From assembly GCF_964194155.1 (NCBI RefSeq), contig NC_135895.1:89528001-89592000 (forward strand): a stretch of DNA of 64,000 nucleotides, given 5' to 3'. The position numbers and the translations under genes were made by a program. The notes under the pieces were generated by a model. The model had not been told where the DNA came from. It saw nothing but the letters and a program-made list of their open reading frames with translations, and searched no databases. This document shows positions 48,856 to 62,132 of the stretch, piece after piece. Source of the stretch: Cetorhinus maximus. Lineage: Eukaryota. How positions within the stretch are numbered: the stretch's first letter is position 1; every line of letters begins with the position of its first letter.

Positions 48856-50579
48856 ATAGGCAGGACTGAAAACCATCTGATCCCAAAGTCTCTAACATAT
48901 TTGACACTGCAGCTCTTCCCTGACTGAAAACAATTGTTATGTGTGCAGCCTTCATACCAACCTGTTAGCATCACACTAGTGAAGAAAATAAAAGACAACA
49001 GGGATGGCTGGACTCACAGCAGGGAACAGTAGTAAAACAGAAATACCCCAAATGACTAAGTTCCCTTCTTTGATTTTGAATACTTGCAATTCCAAGTAAA
49101 TAAAATAACAAAAATAGACTCTGGCATAGCTTTCTGTTCACACTGACACACTGTTCAATACCCTATTACTGGTTTACAATCATAATATTTCTGAATGAAA
49201 GCAAAGATCAAACCTAGGTCTTTCCACCCAACAAACCCATCAAGCGCAACAGCCACAGATGTTCACAAATTCTTTGGTAAAAAAGATTGATGGCAAAATT
49301 CTGCAAGAAAATCCTCAATTTACCAACACTATGTGGATCATGAATAAAAGCATTCCTGTTGAGATCAATACAGATAATGCTTAGGAGATTATTCCTTCAT
49401 GCCATTTTTGCTATTGATCAGGCTTTAAATGGTTTTTTTACTTTTCAAAACAATTGATCTGCCTGAACTATTATTGCAAATCAGTTGAGTTGGGGTTAAA
49501 TTATTCCCAATACTGTGGTTTTATGCAAATCTCACACAAGAGTCCCGATTTGTAATAGTCAATGTCTAAATAAATTTGTAACAATAATCATTTAAAAGTG
49601 GGGAGGAGGAAGCGGGTTAGAAAAGAACAGTAAAACTGTTTTATCTGTCATTCTGCTTTTCATTTAAAAATACTATAATTATCTATGACTTGATATACAT
49701 AGATCGACAACTAAGATATTAATTTCATCCTCTCATCCTTTGACTTTAAACAGGAATTCACAAGAGTTGTATTTAGATGTATTTAAATAAAAAGTCATTT
49801 TTTCCAGCAATTCTGAGGCATGGCTACACCAATATATTCAGAGGGCTGATAACACAATAGCGTATCATACCTACAGGATCCAAAAAGAATAGGGGGATTT
49901 CATTTCAGATTGTTGCAACGAGAACAGAAATATCAGGCTCAATTTTGCTTTAGAAATAACATTGAGGTTAATGACACTCATCATTACTTAAACACAAATG
50001 GCACAGTAACTTTAGACAAGGACACGTGCACAATTAAACCTGAAAATTCGAAGTTGCTATCCAAGATGCACTGCTCCTTCAAATGTTTTCCAAAGATGGC
50101 ATTTTGGCATCTGACTCACCATTGACATACATTGAATAATGTGAAATCGCTGTGCTTGCCTCGTAAAACAAACTAAGAAAAAAAGTTAGGGTTTGTTTAT
50201 TCCAGTCTAAGCACCCTTTTAATGCATGGCAAGTCTTAATTACTATCAAACAACCTCTGACGCTGAAAGTTAACTTTACAAGTGCGAAATTTCATTCCTT
50301 CAGGTTTTAATAATTGTTGGAGATTTATTAAAAATATATATTTTTAGCTTTATGTTTCATTTCTCTCTCCTCCAATCTTTCTTTTTTTATTTTGCTTTGT
50401 GTACCTGAGTTGAGATTGAATTCAATATTCTGACACTTTATGATTCAGCACTACTCATTAACGATTCTGCAACTCAATTAATTAAGGAGATGAAACAGTT
50501 TTTTGTACCGTTCACAAACTGCGGGTGTTGGAAGTCTGAAATAAAAACAGAAAATGCTGGAAATACTCAGCAAGTCAGA

Positions 50580-50790
50580 TGGAGACGAGGCAGACAATGG
50601 TGCATAGAAAAAAGTGGCTCAGTTACAGAGCGGGAGTGGAGAAGGAAACCAAGGTCAGAATCAAGAGGGGTCCCAGACCTCTGCACTTCCTGGTTCAGCT
50701 AGAGGTGGAAGCCAAGATGGTTGGTTCAGAGGTGCTATGGAGCTCAGAGCTTCAGAAGATGGACTCTCACCACCCTCCACTCAGTTAATC
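50580..50790 (-). mobile_element. L2-type LINE fragment
   Basis: GGAGTGGAGAAGGAAACCAAGGTCAGAATCAAGAGGGG..CCAGAC resembles the reverse-strand L2 RT region. Confidence 0.45.
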
Positions 50791-50939
50791 AAACTGACAA
50801 AAAGCCTTTCATTATTATCCCAAACATAATTGAGCAAAACCTCAGAATAGTCATCTAGCTCCATAACGTCACAATTCAAATCTACTGGAGGTTTAGTTTT
50901 TTCCTTTCTTCAACATCGTAGGAAACAACGCATAGCGTA

Positions 50940-51310
50940 TTCAACAATCTCAGTCTATAACTCTCCCTATAACTTGCGCTTTTCAGGCCAACCAAGATAT
51001 TCATCCTGCACTCCTCCAATTCTGGTCTCTTGTGTATTCTCGATTTTCATCACTCCATCATTAGTGATTAGGCCTTCAGCTGCCTTAGGCCCCAAACTCT
51101 GGAACATCCTCCCTAAATCTCTCCGCCTGGCTTTCCATCTCGCTATAAGACACACCTTAAATCTTACAACTTTACCAAGCTTTCGGCCACCTACCAAATA
51201 TTTCTTATGCGGCTTCATGTCATGTTTTGCTTGATAACGTTGTTGTAAAGCACCTAGAGATGCTTTACTAAGTTAAAGGTGGTGTTATGTAAATACAAGC
51301 CGTTATTATT
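50940..51310 (+). mobile_element. L2-type LINE 3' end
   Basis: AFSCLGPKLWNILPKSLR-like translation and the tail TGTAAAGCACCTAGAGATG.TTTACTA.GTTAAAGG. Confidence 0.75.
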
Positions 51311-51689
51311 GGTCTTAAATAACATGCATTAAGTGCTTTTTATGGCAACATGCTCCATGCACCCAGTAGTCTGTAGGGGTAAATGTTTCTTCTAATCTCC
51401 AATCTTCCCCAAAGCACATTAAATCTTAAATCTGTCTTTTGTGCTCACAGTCTGAATCACTCTACTTCTATGATGCATCTTAGCATTTTAAGTCTAAATC
51501 ATGTACCCTGCATTCACTTTTCTCCCATAAAAATAAGTACTACAAGTCTTACCACAGAATCATCCTCATTACATCATGTTCCAAACGGGCGTCAGTTTCC
51601 TCTGAGCAGTAAATTTACTACATTTCTATGTTGCAAAAGTACACAAAGTTAGAATCATTTCTTTCAACTTATAAGTAAATGAGCCTTGG

Positions 51690-52135
51690 AATGTATCCTA
51701 GAATTTGATTACCTTTGCTGACAGGTTCACATGAATTGCAATCTTTTACACAGAATTTACAGAGTGGCCATGAATTCCATATTCGAACCACTCTCTTAGT
51801 AAGGAAGTTTCTCCTGAATTCCTCATTGCATTTATTAGTGACTATCTTACATTTGAGAGCATTCCCTCCCTTTTTGTCTGTCCTTTCTCGTTCTAACAGC
51901 GTCCTCTTCTGTTTATTTCTTTTTGGATTTTCTTCTCTGATTCTTTCTCTGATCCAATCTTCCCTCAGCAACAGTAATTAGCCTCTAATTAAGCTCAGAA
52001 ATGTGTGAATATAGAAACAGAAGTAGGCTACTTAGTCCCTACAACCTGTTTAGCACCCAAACAGGCCACGGCTGATCTGCATCCCAACTCCATCTATCCA
52101 CCCTGGCTCCATATCCCTTAATACCCTTGCCCACA
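51690..52135 (-). mobile_element. Two short CR1 3' fragments (~51740-51860 and ~52010-52135)
   Basis: FRRNFLTKRVVRIWNS; ATAGAAACAGAAGTAGGC...GGCTGATCTG tail. Confidence 0.65.
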
Positions 52136-53789
52136 ATCAGGTTCTAAGTTAGCTTGGCATGTGCTAGCTAAACTTTGCTTTCTTAAAAGACACAGATCTT
52201 TTATGCACAACTCCAGCTGGGCCATAGAGTAATATACTGCACAGCATATGGCAAAATAATTCAGTCCAAAGGTCATGTCTTGGAGTTAATGGCCATTTCA
52301 CAAACGGTAGGTCTCACCATTTCATATTAGTTTACGTTTATCTCACAAAGCGTTAAATCACTGAATAAAAAAGCATGACATTGGCAAGGCATGTATTGGA
52401 GCTGGATGGACATTCTGTGAATTGGTACCTCTCACCTACCATTTGAACTTAAGACAATGCGAGTGAATTTAGACGTTCCAGTCGGCCATCCCCACCTATT
52501 ATGTTGGTTGACCAATTCAACCCAGGACAATAAGAGTGAGCCTCCAGGAATCCCCACCCAGAGGAGCAGTGGTTGGTTTGACTGGCAGTTCTACTTGCAT
52601 GGATCAGCAGACCAAGTAAAACAGTTAACAATAAATATTCAAGGTAGGCTATAGGAACGATCAGCAACACTCTGAATGCACAGAAATAAAAGATCAGGAA
52701 ATTAAATGTAGAGTGATCTGGGAATGTAATGTGAATTCCTAGGCAGGGGCCTATATATCTAGTGGAGCTGGCAGGAGCTATAATGAATAGAGCTCTGAGT
52801 AATAAAAAAAAAATCAAAATATTAAGTATGGATTCTGAAGTCTATTCTTTGTTGGTCTTGTGTGTGTAATTTTCAGAGAATAAACAAAGCATCACTAAAG
52901 AGCTTATGCAAAGGGGAGGAAGGTTGTCTGCATGTCTTTTGACTGTACATATCAATGAACCTTGCATGCTTACAAACCCACCATAAGAAACTAGGCACTC
53001 CAAGTACAGTGAAACCTGTAAATCACTGGCACTTGAGGACTGGCATCAGGTGTTCCTCATTTTCAAAATACCACTAAATATTTTCAGTAGAATTATTCAG
53101 TGGTTAACAAATACACCCAAATCCTCTGCCTTTTGTACCTTTACCTGATGAGCTCCATTTTATCAAGTACAGCTTTTGGTATTTCCTTTTGCAATATGCA
53201 TACATTGAAATCCAACAGTTGTTTCTTAGCTGATCTGCACAATGGAATAAAGCAGCAATGCCCTCTGCCCTATCTGCAGTTTGTCTTAAAGTCAGGATTG
53301 TTGTCAGAGACAATGCATACTGACCAGAATATGAGGACGATTATTAGCAGCTCGCATGAAAGAAAGATCTGCTTTTATATAGTTCCTCATCATGGCTCTC
53401 AGAAGTGTTCAAAAGTGCTTCCTGTGGAGTGAATTACTTTTTTCTAAATGCTGTAACTGTTGTTATGCAAACAGACACAGCTGGCAGTTTGTACACAGAG
53501 CCCACAATAGCAGTAACATTTTTGGCAGTGACAGTTGGAGGGTCATTGATAGGCAGGACATCAGGAAAACTTCCTACTCTATTCTAAATAATGTCAAAGG
53601 GCATGGAGAAGCAAGCAGGAGAGTAGCATTGGACCAGGTGGCTCATGTGGGGAGAAAACCCAGTGCTGGCTTTAAGGGCCATCTGGCTATTTCTGTAATA
53701 TTATATGACAGGCTAACACAAGCACAAATTAGCACCCGATGTTAATGACTTAATTCTATTGTTGCAGGGCCTAATAAATTTCTATCAAG

Positions 53790-56302
53790 TGTCATGCTCA
53801 GTACAAGCATGAGGATATTGGATTTTACAGACTGTAAGGTCATACTTTGTGAAAGTGGCCACAAAAGGTGGCTGCAACTTCACATGTGACTGTGGGATTT
53901 AAACCATGGACAGCATTCGATTCTGTGGCCAACATTTAGTTAAACATGGACCTGAATGAGGGACGCAGCAGCTCATTAGACATCTCATTGTTTAAGGACG
54001 AACCAGTGTTTGAGGAATATAGGATTTCTAGGTTGTTTGTCTCAGAGTGCCATATTGAACAAAGGAGGGTTTTTGAGCTCAAGGTGGGGAAGAGATAAGA
54101 GTGAATGACCATTGTTAACTGCCATTGTATCGTGGTGGTCTGGCCCCCAGAAATGATAACCCTGCAGTCATGTGACTGAAACTAACTTTCAGGCACTGCA
54201 GTAAAATACCCTGAAACAAAGCAAATCCAGGAAAGAAACATCTGAAACCAGAAACATCTGAACCATCATAATTGAAGGTCTTCTAATGCAGCCAAAGTAC
54301 TGTACTTGTTCCAGCTTCCAAGTCCACCTTAGAACCAATCTCCTGGCTATTCATCTACAAGGGACTTTACAGATTCATGAGAATCCTTTGTTTCTAAAAG
54401 ACCTACACTCAAACTAAACTAAATTCAACTAAGACAACAAGAGGCCTGCACTGACATAGAGATTGAGTTATAAATCCCATTCTTATAATTACGGTTTTAA
54501 CATCTCTAATCTTTGTGTGTGATGGTGTGAGTGAGACCTGAGATTGAGATTTTGTGTTTTAAACATCCAGGGAAAGTGTGTGATAATAAATAACTTTCTT
54601 TATTTTTAAAATCCATTACAGGTGGAGACAGGAGAATTCATAATGGAGAACAGAGAAATGGCAGAGAAAATAAACAATTACTTTGTGTCTGCCTTCACAG
54701 GGGAAGATACAGAAAATATCCCAGAGATACTAGGGAACCAATGGACTTGTGAAAATGAGAAACCAAAATAAATTAGCATTAATAAAGAGGTAATATTTGA
54801 AAATTAACTGGATTGAAGATTGATAAATCCCCTGGACCAGATGAGCTACATCCCAGAGTGTTGAAGGAGGTGGCTATAGAGATAGTGGATGCATTTCAAT
54901 ATTCTATGGATTCTGGAACGGTTCCTGTAAATGTAAGCCCACTATTTAAGAAGGGAGGGAGGGAGAAAACAGAGATCTACAAGCCTGTTAGTTTGATGTC
55001 AGTAGTAGGAAAAATGTTAGAATCTATTGTAAAGGGGTTGATAACAGGTGACTTGGAAAATAATGATATGATTGGGCAAAGTCAAGATGGAGTTATGAAA
55101 GGGAAATCATGTTTGTCAGATCTGTTGGAGTTTTTTTGAGGATGTTACCTGCAGCATAGATAAAGGAAAACCAGTGGATGTGGTGCATTTGGATTGTCAG
55201 AGGCTTTTGATAAGGTGCCACACAGCAGGTTAGTAAACAAAATTAGAGCACTTGGGATTGGGGTAATATACTGGTATGGATTGAGAATTGGTTAGCAGAC
55301 AGAAAACAGTAGGAATAAATGGGTCATTCTCAGGATGGCAGGCTGTTACTAGTGGGGTACCATAAGAATCAGTGCTGGGGCCACAGCTATTCACAATTTA
55401 GATACACGATTTGGATGTGGGGACCAAATGTAATATTTCCAAATTTGCTGATGACACAAAACTAGATGGGAATGTTACGTTGTGAGGAGGATGCAAGGAG
55501 GCTTCAAGGGAATTTGGACAGAACTAAGTGAGTGGGCAAGAACATTATCCACTTTGGTAGAAAAAACAGAAAGGTAGGGTATTTCTTAAATGGTGAGAGG
55601 TTAGAAAGTGTTGATGTCCAAAGGAACCTGGATGTCCTTGTTCATGAGTCACTGAAAACTAGCATGCTGGTGCAGCAAGCAATTATGAAGGCAAATGGTA
55701 TGTTGGTCTTCAACGCTAGGGCACTTGAGTACAGGATAAAGATGTTTTACTGCAATTGTATCGAGCCTTGGTGAGACTGCACCTGGAGTATTGTGTACAA
55801 TTTTGGTCACCTTATCTAAGGAAGAATATACAGAATATGACACAGTGGATGTGGATAGGATGTTGCTCCTGGCTGATGAGCTTAGTACTAGAATAAGGGG
55901 CAGGCCATTTTAGACTGAGATGAGGAGGAATTTCTTGACTTAGAGGGTGGTGAATCTTTGGAATTCGCTACCCCAGAGGGCTGTGGAAGCTCAATCACTG
56001 AGTATGTTGAAGTCAGAAATCAACAGATTTCTGAATACTAATGACACCAAGGGATATGGGGTTAGTGGGGAAAAATGGTGTAAAGGCAGATGATCAGCCA
56101 GGATATGTTTGAATGGCGGAGCAGGCTTGTCAGATGGAATGACCTACTCCTGCTCCTATGTTCTTAAATCACTAAAAAGCCCGGTGCTGGAATTTATTTT
56201 AAATTAGGAAAAATCACTCTGAGGATAAGGAAATACACACACCTTACATACAAACATCCTGATTATGGACTGGAAGGGACCACACAAATTCTGTCCATAA
56301 CA
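53790..56302 (+). mobile_element. Solo LTR with 4-bp TSD (CAAG), interrupted by a CR1
   Basis: Termini TGTCATG (53790) and CATAACA (56302); CAAG at 53786-53789 and 56303-56306. Confidence 0.65.
54619..56165 (+). mobile_element. CR1 ORF2 RT to 3' end, 5'-truncated
   Basis: KSPGPDELHPRVLKEVA...LFKKGGREK..YKPVSL...SKFADDTKL...HLEYCVQFWSP; tail CTACTCCTGCTCCTATGTTCTT. Confidence 0.95.
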
Positions 56303-59079
56303 CAAGTTTTTCGGATCTACTGGGGTTCTTCCCTGTATTACCGACAGGGTTTAATTTAAGCAGCACCAAATTCTCCTCTCATCCTATGTCCACAAACAGA
56401 AAGGTGTTTTGATCCGTTTCCCTCTTTATAAGCAGTGGCTTATTTCCCCAACCCCTTGGTTTTTATGTGGTCCAATTTGCTAATAATAGCCCCACAGCAA
56501 ACTTGAGATAGGATGAACCCAAAGGATTAATATATTTGCACATACTCAATGCGGGGCAGGAGGGTCGCAATGTCACCTACACACTCCGACAGTAAAGGGA
56601 AGGATAGAGAAAGGAAGGATTTTCAGTACAGAGACCACAGAGAAAATAAATATTGGTTCACATTGGTTCCAGGATCAAAGTCCAATGAGATATTCCTTCA
56701 CGGAGGTCAGTGGGTTCAAAACCAATGCTGGATAATTCACTTTCCCGGTGGTGCTAACTTCACAAGATGAGATTGATTCATCTCTGTGTGCCTGTCTTGA
56801 AGGCGATGGCACAGAACTTCCAACAGAAGCAAGGTAGTTGGGGCCAGGTGTTCAACATAGGCCAGCGCTCCTTCAGTGTGGCCTGTTAGTCAGATGTTAA
56901 ACAGCAGACTTCAGCCCAGCAAGGCAATGTTACTTGTTCAATAAGCCACAGGCCTAGGCATGTGACTTCCATCTCTCCACACTGCCTTTGACAAAGATTA
57001 CGTATCCCTCGTCTGGGATCCCCGAGATTGTTAAATGTCTCAACCATTAAGAATTAAACGCAAGGTTGCGGGGCCCTTTGCCTTAGCAGGAGAGCAGACT
57101 CCTGTTGGCTGGACAGGGTTATGAAAGGCAGATGGCCTTCATATAGCTCTCTTTGGGTTTGGCCTGTGCTGCCCAAATGTGGTCATTAGTGATGCCCCAG
57201 AGATAACAATGTACGAGTTTCCTCGATACTGCCAGGCAGCTCCTTTTGTTCAGGGGTCACAAACAGACATAGATTCAGCCATTTTAAGGATTTTTGTCAA
57301 ATTTTATAACTAGCCATAAGGATATCCATATATATTTTATAAAAATGAGGTCTTAGTCTCTCGCACCTATATCAATCATTTATCCATAAGTCTGGGGAGA
57401 TCCGAGCTAAATATTCTGGTCAGGTTAAATTATCTCCCAATCAAGCGGACCCAAGTTGATATTTAGGAATTATGGTTCTCCCCAGTTGATATATGTCAGT
57501 TAGTAAGCCTGGGTAGGGTAGCTACCCAGAAAACACTGAAGATAGCACGATTTTTAATGGAATGAATTCGTCCCGGCTCCTGCTACCCTCACTAAACCTG
57601 TGAAACTAAAGTTTCCTTCCCAGTGTGCACAGTAACTAAAGTGGTTTCTCATGAATCGCTTGCTGCAATGATAATTTTTCCAGTACTAAAAATGGGGTTT
57701 TAATTAAGTTTTATCATTCCACTTTAAACTCAATTGGGTTTGGCCAAGACAAGGTATAATGCCTGGGTCCTGGACACAATCAAATTTCTCCATCCGCTTT
57801 AGGAGAGTGGGGCAAAATAACCAGTGCAGACATTGAAATTATATCGCTGCATTTGTGGTTGTTCTACTTTTACATTAACAGAATACTGCTCAAAATCTGT
57901 ATGTTGCCGTTTATTCCTCAGTCTGTATAATTACACTCCCAAGGTTGCATGAGAAAGTGAAAACAAATAACATTGGAAAAGGTAGAATGATTTATGACAA
58001 TTTCAAACTACAGTTTACAAAATTTAGGTTACAGGAAAGAGACAACTCCTTTTTAAAAAGGTCACATAACTGTGACCCACACTATGGCCATTCCCCAACA
58101 GGGAATTCAAGATAAATGGCAATTTCTCATACTATGACAATCATGAAGCCTGGCCGCTATAATAGCACTATACAAAAGGAATCTTCAGGTAATATTGTGA
58201 GATGGATCAAAATACTTTCTCCAAAATACTGTCACGTTAGCTCTTAGGCCTTGTCAAATGTTAATCTGTGATTATGGGACAGCAGAAGTGGAGCACCCTC
58301 AGATATTCAAATTTAATGTCAATCTTGACTCATCTGTACCACTTAGCAATGAAATAATAGGCTGTGGGACAAACAATCCAAATGATGCCTTTTGTGGGGA
58401 ATAAAACAAACTATAGTATTTTGTTCAATGCAATTATCTACAATGGTGCAATTTTTAAACAGCTTTACCATCAGTACCAGTTTTAAATATTGAACAGCTG
58501 TGTAAGGAATAAAGACTAATAATGGCATCTTTTTTCTATTTGTTGATTTGGTAAATATTTTTGTTTAAACGGTGTGTGCTGCTGATATTACTGGGAGCAA
58601 GCTAAATTAACAAAGATAAATTAATTTAGCCTAGGGCAATTCTGTGATTATGTCACTTCAACTATCTCACCCTCACTATCAAGACTCAATACTTTCTCCA
58701 GTACCATGCGTACTCAACACTTAAAATTTAGAACACACAGAAATGGATAGGAAAGAAAGGTGCTAAAGCTGAACATTAAATAATATGATTTTTGAACAAA
58801 GGCATATTTGATGGATCAACTTGCTCTTCAAATAAAAATTCACATGTAGTGCATGAATAATCTTACGGGTTCTACTCTATAATCAGATCCTGAAAGGATA
58901 ATTACCAGTGATTCTGTAAATAATAGTTAACATTTGGTAAGGGGCATGGATGAAATGGAAATGTACAGCCCCTCTAGGAGGTGAAAAACACCAGCATCTG
59001 AACTTATTCAAAGCAATTCAGCATTTCATAAAACAGCAAGGTAAAATATAGGTTCAAAGAACTAACATACTCTTAAAAT

Positions 59080-59860
59080 AAACACAATCTCAGTCGAGAC
59101 CAAAGAAAAAAAATACGAAATCCCAGTTATTTACTGGAAGAATGAAGCCACAAGATTGCACGGTATAAACAAAAGAATTTTTACCATACAAGAGTCAAAC
59201 AAAGCAAACACTAAATGCTATTTTAGCTAATCCCCTAAACGCTAAAACCCAGAATCAATATAAGTTAAACATGAATTAACAGGAAAATTGTGGTCAATCA
59301 CAAATTATAAATTCTACATTAAATAGCAGACACAACTAGGTCAGATCTTAAGAATTGACTCGGCAGTCCATCCAACATATATGTCATCAACCTCTGTCAC
59401 AAAATCCATCAGAACTCTGTCTCTCTCACAAAGAATTTCAACTCTTCTTTCAGGATCTAACTTGATCTTAAGCTGACAGCAGTGTACAACCAACCCGAGT
59501 TCCACAAGCATGGTCTTCACCAAAAATGGCACACATCTGTAGACCCTCCTCAACTCTGCTAATGATGATCTGTATGGTGTACATCCATCTATGTTATCTT
59601 CAAAATTATCTCTGGATGCATCACTGGACTCATCATCAACTACTGAGCTCTGATGGCTGTGCGTCTTTTAATATAGTTTCAACCATAAGTTTTGGTTTCC
59701 AATCTCAGTCTCAGTTTTCTTAGAAACTGGGAGGGCCAGTTTCTTTTCTCAGTTTCCTTATCCAATTTCTATTTTCAGTTTCACTTTTCAGTTTCCTTGT
59801 ACAATTAGGGTCTATCTTAAAAAAAGCAATCTTTGAAACCATGTATTTCATCACAACAGG
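59080..59860 (-). mobile_element. Possible LTR-like remnant
   Basis: Reverse-strand composition resembles the other LTRs (T-rich 3' part, TG start near 59858). No TSD verified. Confidence 0.25.
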
Positions 59861-62132
59861 ACTGTCTTCTTTGACATGATTCTACATCCAGGCTGAATAT
59901 GTTCTCTAAAGTTGTTTATTGATACAAAGATAATCATCCATTATTTGTTATGGATCACAACCCTAAAAGGAAGCACACACAGACTACCAGAGCTTGACTC
60001 TGATTTGAAGGGAAATATGCATGCATTGTGCACTAGTGCATCATTCAATTTCCACCATTTACTCTTCAATAGGACACCAGAGAGCAAGCAGCAAATTTTC
60101 TTGTTGTCCCTGATAAATGAACAAGATGGTATGCGGTGTTCAGTCGCTCAACCCATTAAATAGGGCTGTATTCACACCTGTTCCTAATCCAAATATCCTC
60201 CAACTTTCTCCCGCTGTTCCCCACCCCCCTCCCCAACAAACTATTCCATAGAAGTAATGGAAATTTCAGTGAAAACATGCTCCTTGACTCAAACTCCTGT
60301 GTCGGTGTTTATAGTCCATGAGTAGTTTCAATCCTTTGTGCCTGCTGATCCAATACTTTATTCCCCTTTTCCAATCACATCTCATATAAATGTAAAAGCT
60401 CACAAGGTCTCTGCTTCAATCCCTAATTCTGATGTAATGTATCCCATTGCCAAAGGTCTCTATGCAAAATATGCTTCTCCCATTCTCTAAGCCAAATCTC
60501 TTACAGTTATTCATATCTATGTTGCCTCATTCCAGACCCCTCAAGAGATCGGACACTTTCATTCTTCTTGTAGAGCCAAGGACTTAGCTGATTTAGACAT
60601 GTGATAGCAACGTACCGAAGGAGAGGTGTTTTAATTGGAGTGGTGTCTTAAATTGGTGGTCCAAAGCCTTGACCTAGGTTTTAGACTTAAGGGCTGGCAC
60701 TCGCTCTCTCTGAAGCTGCACAGATGAGCAATGGCCTAGCAGGCAGCAACAGAAACCTAGCCCAGTTAGCTTTGAAATAGCGAGAAATGTGGGTCTTTTT
60801 ATCGCAATATGGTGAAGTGGTATCGTTGTTACTTTTCATAACCAAGAAAATTGACTGTTCACACTGTGAAATCTATATGAAATCTATATTGTGTTCATTC
60901 GTGTACTTAATGTGGCATATACCAATTTATTTGCTTGAAGTGGTGCTTTGCTTGGATGGAGTACTTCACAGTGTATATTCCATAATGGATAAGTCATGTG
61001 GCAGTACAGGACGTTTCAGTGCCAGCATAATCTCTGGGTCTCACAATCGTTAATAGATATTGAGCAGCAAAAGGTGCATTCCAGATCATAGAAAATGTAA
61101 GTTCTACCGATAGGGGTGGCAAGACAATATTACAAATCAGAAATCATACTAAAGCACCAATATCAGGTAACTAGCTGTTAAGCATGGGGCGTGTGATGCA
61201 TCTCCATCTAACATTTACTGAATCCAGTCTTATTTTATTGAGGTACCTAACTAGATCTAGTCAGTAAATTATGAAGATGAAACCTGTAGGCTGTTTCTTT
61301 AGGAAACAAATTAAATACTTAGAAATACTGTACCCTATGCTTTTCTACTATCAAGCATCTTGGCACAACGTTTTTATTTTATTTTTGTTTTGCACTCTAA
61401 CCATCATGAATAAAACAATTACAAGTAGATTAGACACATGAGCCACTGGACATTTACAGAACTCTTGGATCATATTTTTGTTCTGCTAATTTAATTTGCT
61501 CCTCAGGTTATTTGTAGTTTTGAAAACTATTAAGACAGCCTATTTGCTCCAAGTAGGTGTAAATGTAACAAATCTATTGCGCTAACACTGCATTATGCAT
61601 TTGGCAGGTCATAGAGGGGCAAACTACTGGTATTTCAAGCATAACTTGTAAAAACAGATGGATTCTTTTACCTCAGCTTCATACTGTATAAAATGGTTCT
61701 ATTGCATACACACAGGCACATACACAGAGACACACATGCACACACACAGGAGGAATTACAACAACATGCTTAGAACTGTGACTGTTATAATAACTATTAT
61801 TAAGAAGCAAGATTGAGTAGAGTATTTGTAACACTAGCGTTTAAGAGAACAAACCTCCTCAGTAGTCTACATTTAAATCCAATTACTGATAGATACGTGG
61901 AGAGCTTTGTCAGCCCTCAGCTTATGCTAAATCTATACAAGTATACTTGGGAAACTTTGGCCTATCAACCCCCAAAACAGCACACTCTGTGTAAAACATG
62001 AAGCAGACCATGTACCCTTAGAATGTAAATGATATGGTAATCATGAGCATGGGGAACAGTTAGTAAAAAGATATACACTTGTAAGTATAAGCTGACAACA
62101 GCTGTTCGGAGCAGAACATTTGGACCCACTCA

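Noticed and set aside
58601-58630. 10-bp AT-rich inverted repeat (GCTAAATTAA / TTAATTTAGC)
   Set aside because: Short, AT-rich and isolated; plausible by chance in 64 kb.
61671-61690. Minus-strand 12-nt micro-exon-like pattern (ACAG|TATGAAGCTGAG|GTAAAA)
   Set aside because: Poor pyrimidine tract and no supporting neighbours on that strand.
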